A program made the translations under genes and the position numbers. 64,000 nucleotides of DNA from Moniliella sp. 'wahieum'. Lineage: Eukaryota. The DNA is taken from contig RSEE01000125.1 of assembly GCA_003971905.1 (NCBI GenBank), forward strand, positions 1-64,000, read 5' to 3'. Shown in pieces: positions 61,400-64,000 of this stretch; the stretch's first letter is position 1; each line of letters opens with the position of its first letter. The notes under the pieces were generated by a model that was not told where the DNA came from, ran no database searches, and worked only from the letters and a program-made list of their open reading frames with translations.

Positions 61400-63986
61400 A
61401 TGGCCTCGCCCTATGAGAAGGACGATGCTAAGGACGTCATTGACGCCCACCGGTGCCTGCCCTCGGCTCGCAGCAGCCTCATACGTGCTTGATCATGAGG
61501 CTGCTTTCGGTAACATTGAGGACACCATTCGCCAAGAGATTACCGACCATCGTATAACACCCCAACCTCGACCCAGCGCTCTTGCGAGGCAGATCAGGCT
61601 TTGTCCAAGGGCGATCAAAAGGCCGAGCTTCGCCTCGAGGATGTGATTGAGGACGACTCGATTTATCCTGAGGTCCGTGCCGCCGTTAGTAATCTCGACG
61701 ACCCCACCATGAGGGCCAACACTTTCCGCGCTTGGTTCATGGGCATGATTGCCTGTACCATTCTCAGTGGTATCAACATGTACTTCGCCCCCCAAGTATG
61801 TCTTATTGTTTCGCCTAACGATGACAAACAGCAACTAACCCCGTTGTAATGGTCAGTGGCCCACAGTTACCTTCCCTTCAATTGCCGTCCAGCTTTTCGC
61901 ATACCCGATTGGTGTCGCTATGTCTAAGATCCCTACCCTCGCAACTGGCCCCTTGCCGACTGGATGAACCCGGGGCCGTTCAATATCAAGGAGCATTCGA
62001 TGATCTCCATCATGTCTACTGTCGGTGTCGGGTCTGCCTACTCGACGGACATTTTCATCACGCAGCACGCGTACTATCGCCAGCATCTTATGCTGGCTAC
62101 ATGATCCTCCTCACGCTTTCGACTCAGCTGATTGGTTTCTCTTTGCCGGTTTCTGTCGCCAGATTCTGGTCTGGCCCGCCTCAATGATTGGCCTAGTAAC
62201 CTGACCCAGACCGCTTTCTTGTTTTCCATGCACGATGGCACAAGAGCCAGGCCCGGTGTTTCCGTGGATGGTCGCGTTTCAAGATGTTTCGGTGGTGGGA
62301 TGCATCGTATTTGTGTGGGAATTTATCCCCAACTACCTCTTCACTGGTTTGGCTACCTTCTCTGGCCAGCATGGTGTGCACCCAAGAACAAGGGGTGTCA
62401 ACCTCGTGTTTGGCGGCACTGGCGGCATTGGCTTCAACTTCATTTCATTGGATTGGCTCACCATCACCTCCGGGTTGGGCTCGCCCATTTACCAACCTTG
62501 GTTCGCCATTGTCAACACTTTCACTGGCTACCTGATCATCATTTGCTTTGTAGCTCCAATCATGTGGCCACCAACACCAAGTACACGGGTTACTTCACCT
62601 TCAGCAGTTCTGCCTTGTACGACCGCTTTGGCCAGTCCTACCAGGTCGGCTACGTGGTCAATGACCGTTTTGAGTTGGACAAGGACAAGTACGACTCTTA
62701 CTCGAAAGAGTATCTGTCGGCAACCTTATCATCAGCTACTGTGTTGGTTTCGGAGCCATCACTAGGTACGTGCTGTTCTCCTCGGTGAGGTGCTCGGAAA
62801 ATGTATCACTAACCCTGCTTATTCATGTGGCTCACATCAGTACACTGCACACTGCGCTTTGTACTACTCGAAGGACATCATCCGGCAAGTCAGGCGTTCG
62901 CTCAACGAGGAACCCGACATTCATGCCCGTCTTATGTCGCGCTACCCTGAGGTTCCCACTACTGGTACGGCTTCACGTTCCTCCTCTCGTTCGCCTTAGC
63001 TGTCCCTTCGGTTTACGTGTATCACACCGACCTCCCCATCTGGCTGCTGATCGTGCCATCTTGATGAGCGCCGTCTACACCATCCCCATTGGAATCATTA
63101 CTGCTGTGACATCCAACGAAGTGGGTCTCAACGTGATCGCCGAAATGATTGTGGGTTATGCTTTGCCAGGCAAGCCCGTGGCCATGATGATTCAAGACCT
63201 TGGGTACATCTCCATGTCCCAGGCCGTCTCGTTTGTCAGTGATCTCAAGTTGGGTCATTACATGAAAGTTGCCTCCCCGTGACATGTTCTGGGCTCAGAT
63301 GGTGTCCACCTTCTGGGCATGTTTTGTGGCAAGTCGCCGTCACTGCCTTCCTCTTTGGCTCGACCCCAACCTGTGCAAGATCAACCCCCACGAGAAAGTC
63401 AGTCCTGCGCACTTTACCTGCGCTTCTCACACGTTCTACTCTGGTACGTTTCTCTCCTTTCCAACTGGCAACAATGAAAGTATCTGGCATCACTGACCCT
63501 GACAAATCGTCTTGTTCAACAGCGAGTATCATTTGGGGTCTCATTGGCCCGGCCCGCACGTTCGCAGTGGGTCAGACGTACGGTGCGTTGAACATCATGT
63601 TCTTGATTGGAGCTCTGATCCAATCCCGACGTGGCTGCTGGCTAAGAAGTACCCCAAATCGTGGGTGCGCTTGATCAACTGGCCCGTCTTCTTCTCCGCG
63701 ACGGGTATGATGCCGCCCCGCGTCGGGGATCACTTCACGTCGTGGTTTGTTGTCGGCTGGTTCTTCCAGTACTACCTCCGTCGTCACTACTTTGAATTCT
63801 GGTCGGACTACAACTACATTATCTCTTCCGGTCTCGATGCCGGCAGCGCCATCATCTCCTTCCTCATCTCGCTCTGCCTCGAGGTACCCAACACTAAAAA
63901 GCTTACCGTGGACAAGTGTTCAACGGGGACAACTTTGGTGGGGTAACAAAGTTGAGGCCAATAACTTGCAGGGCTCGCTTTCTTGA
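61400..63986 (+). CDS. OPT-family oligopeptide transporter, multi-exon and frameshifted in the assembly
   Basis: EDDSIYPEVRAAVSNLDDP..TFRAW, NPGPFNIKEH, GLNVIAEMIVGY..PGKPVA, DLKLGHYMK, IWGLIGPARTF and YNYIISSGLDAG. Introns near 61796, 62766 and 63445. Confidence 0.93.
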
Positions 63987-64000
63987 CCATGAAGGAGGTT

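Noticed and set aside
1..64000. Frameshifts in most genes read as pseudogenisation or programmed frameshifting
   Set aside because: They affect essential genes such as TRZ1 while motifs on both sides remain intact, and are mostly single-base losses. Long-read consensus error is the simplest explanation.

Overview
Fungal nuclear DNA, probably basidiomycete. Nearly every conserved CDS carries apparent single-base frameshifts typical of an unpolished long-read assembly, so most CDS limits are approximate. GC-rich, intron-poor gene blocks hold an AFI1/MesA-like gene, a divergent RPS28/RPS5 pair, casein kinase I, a C2H2+Zn2Cys6 transcription factor, aprataxin, a SET lysine methyltransferase, an RBM39-like splicing factor, tRNase Z running into a Pop8-like RNase P/MRP subunit, a PPZ-type phosphatase, an NDUFB10-like subunit, a GAF hybrid histidine kinase, a poly-QA orphan and an OPT transporter. 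Two intron-containing tRNA genes are present (Val-AAC, Gly-TCC). Gene-poor tracts hold an RPL10 pseudogene, three solo-LTR copies, and CRE-like, L1-like and Copia remnants. Two observations stand out. (1) A pervasive family of 7-bp-period repeats of the form (TNA + 4-bp palindrome)n uses 13 different palindromes; comparison of homologous copies within the window suggests they arise de novo by one rule, xyTNA -> xyTNA + revcomp(xy) + xyTNA. (2) No stop codon in any + frame separates tRNase Z from the Pop8-like ORF, suggesting a fusion or overlap of tRNA 3'- and 5'-end processing components beside a tRNA gene.
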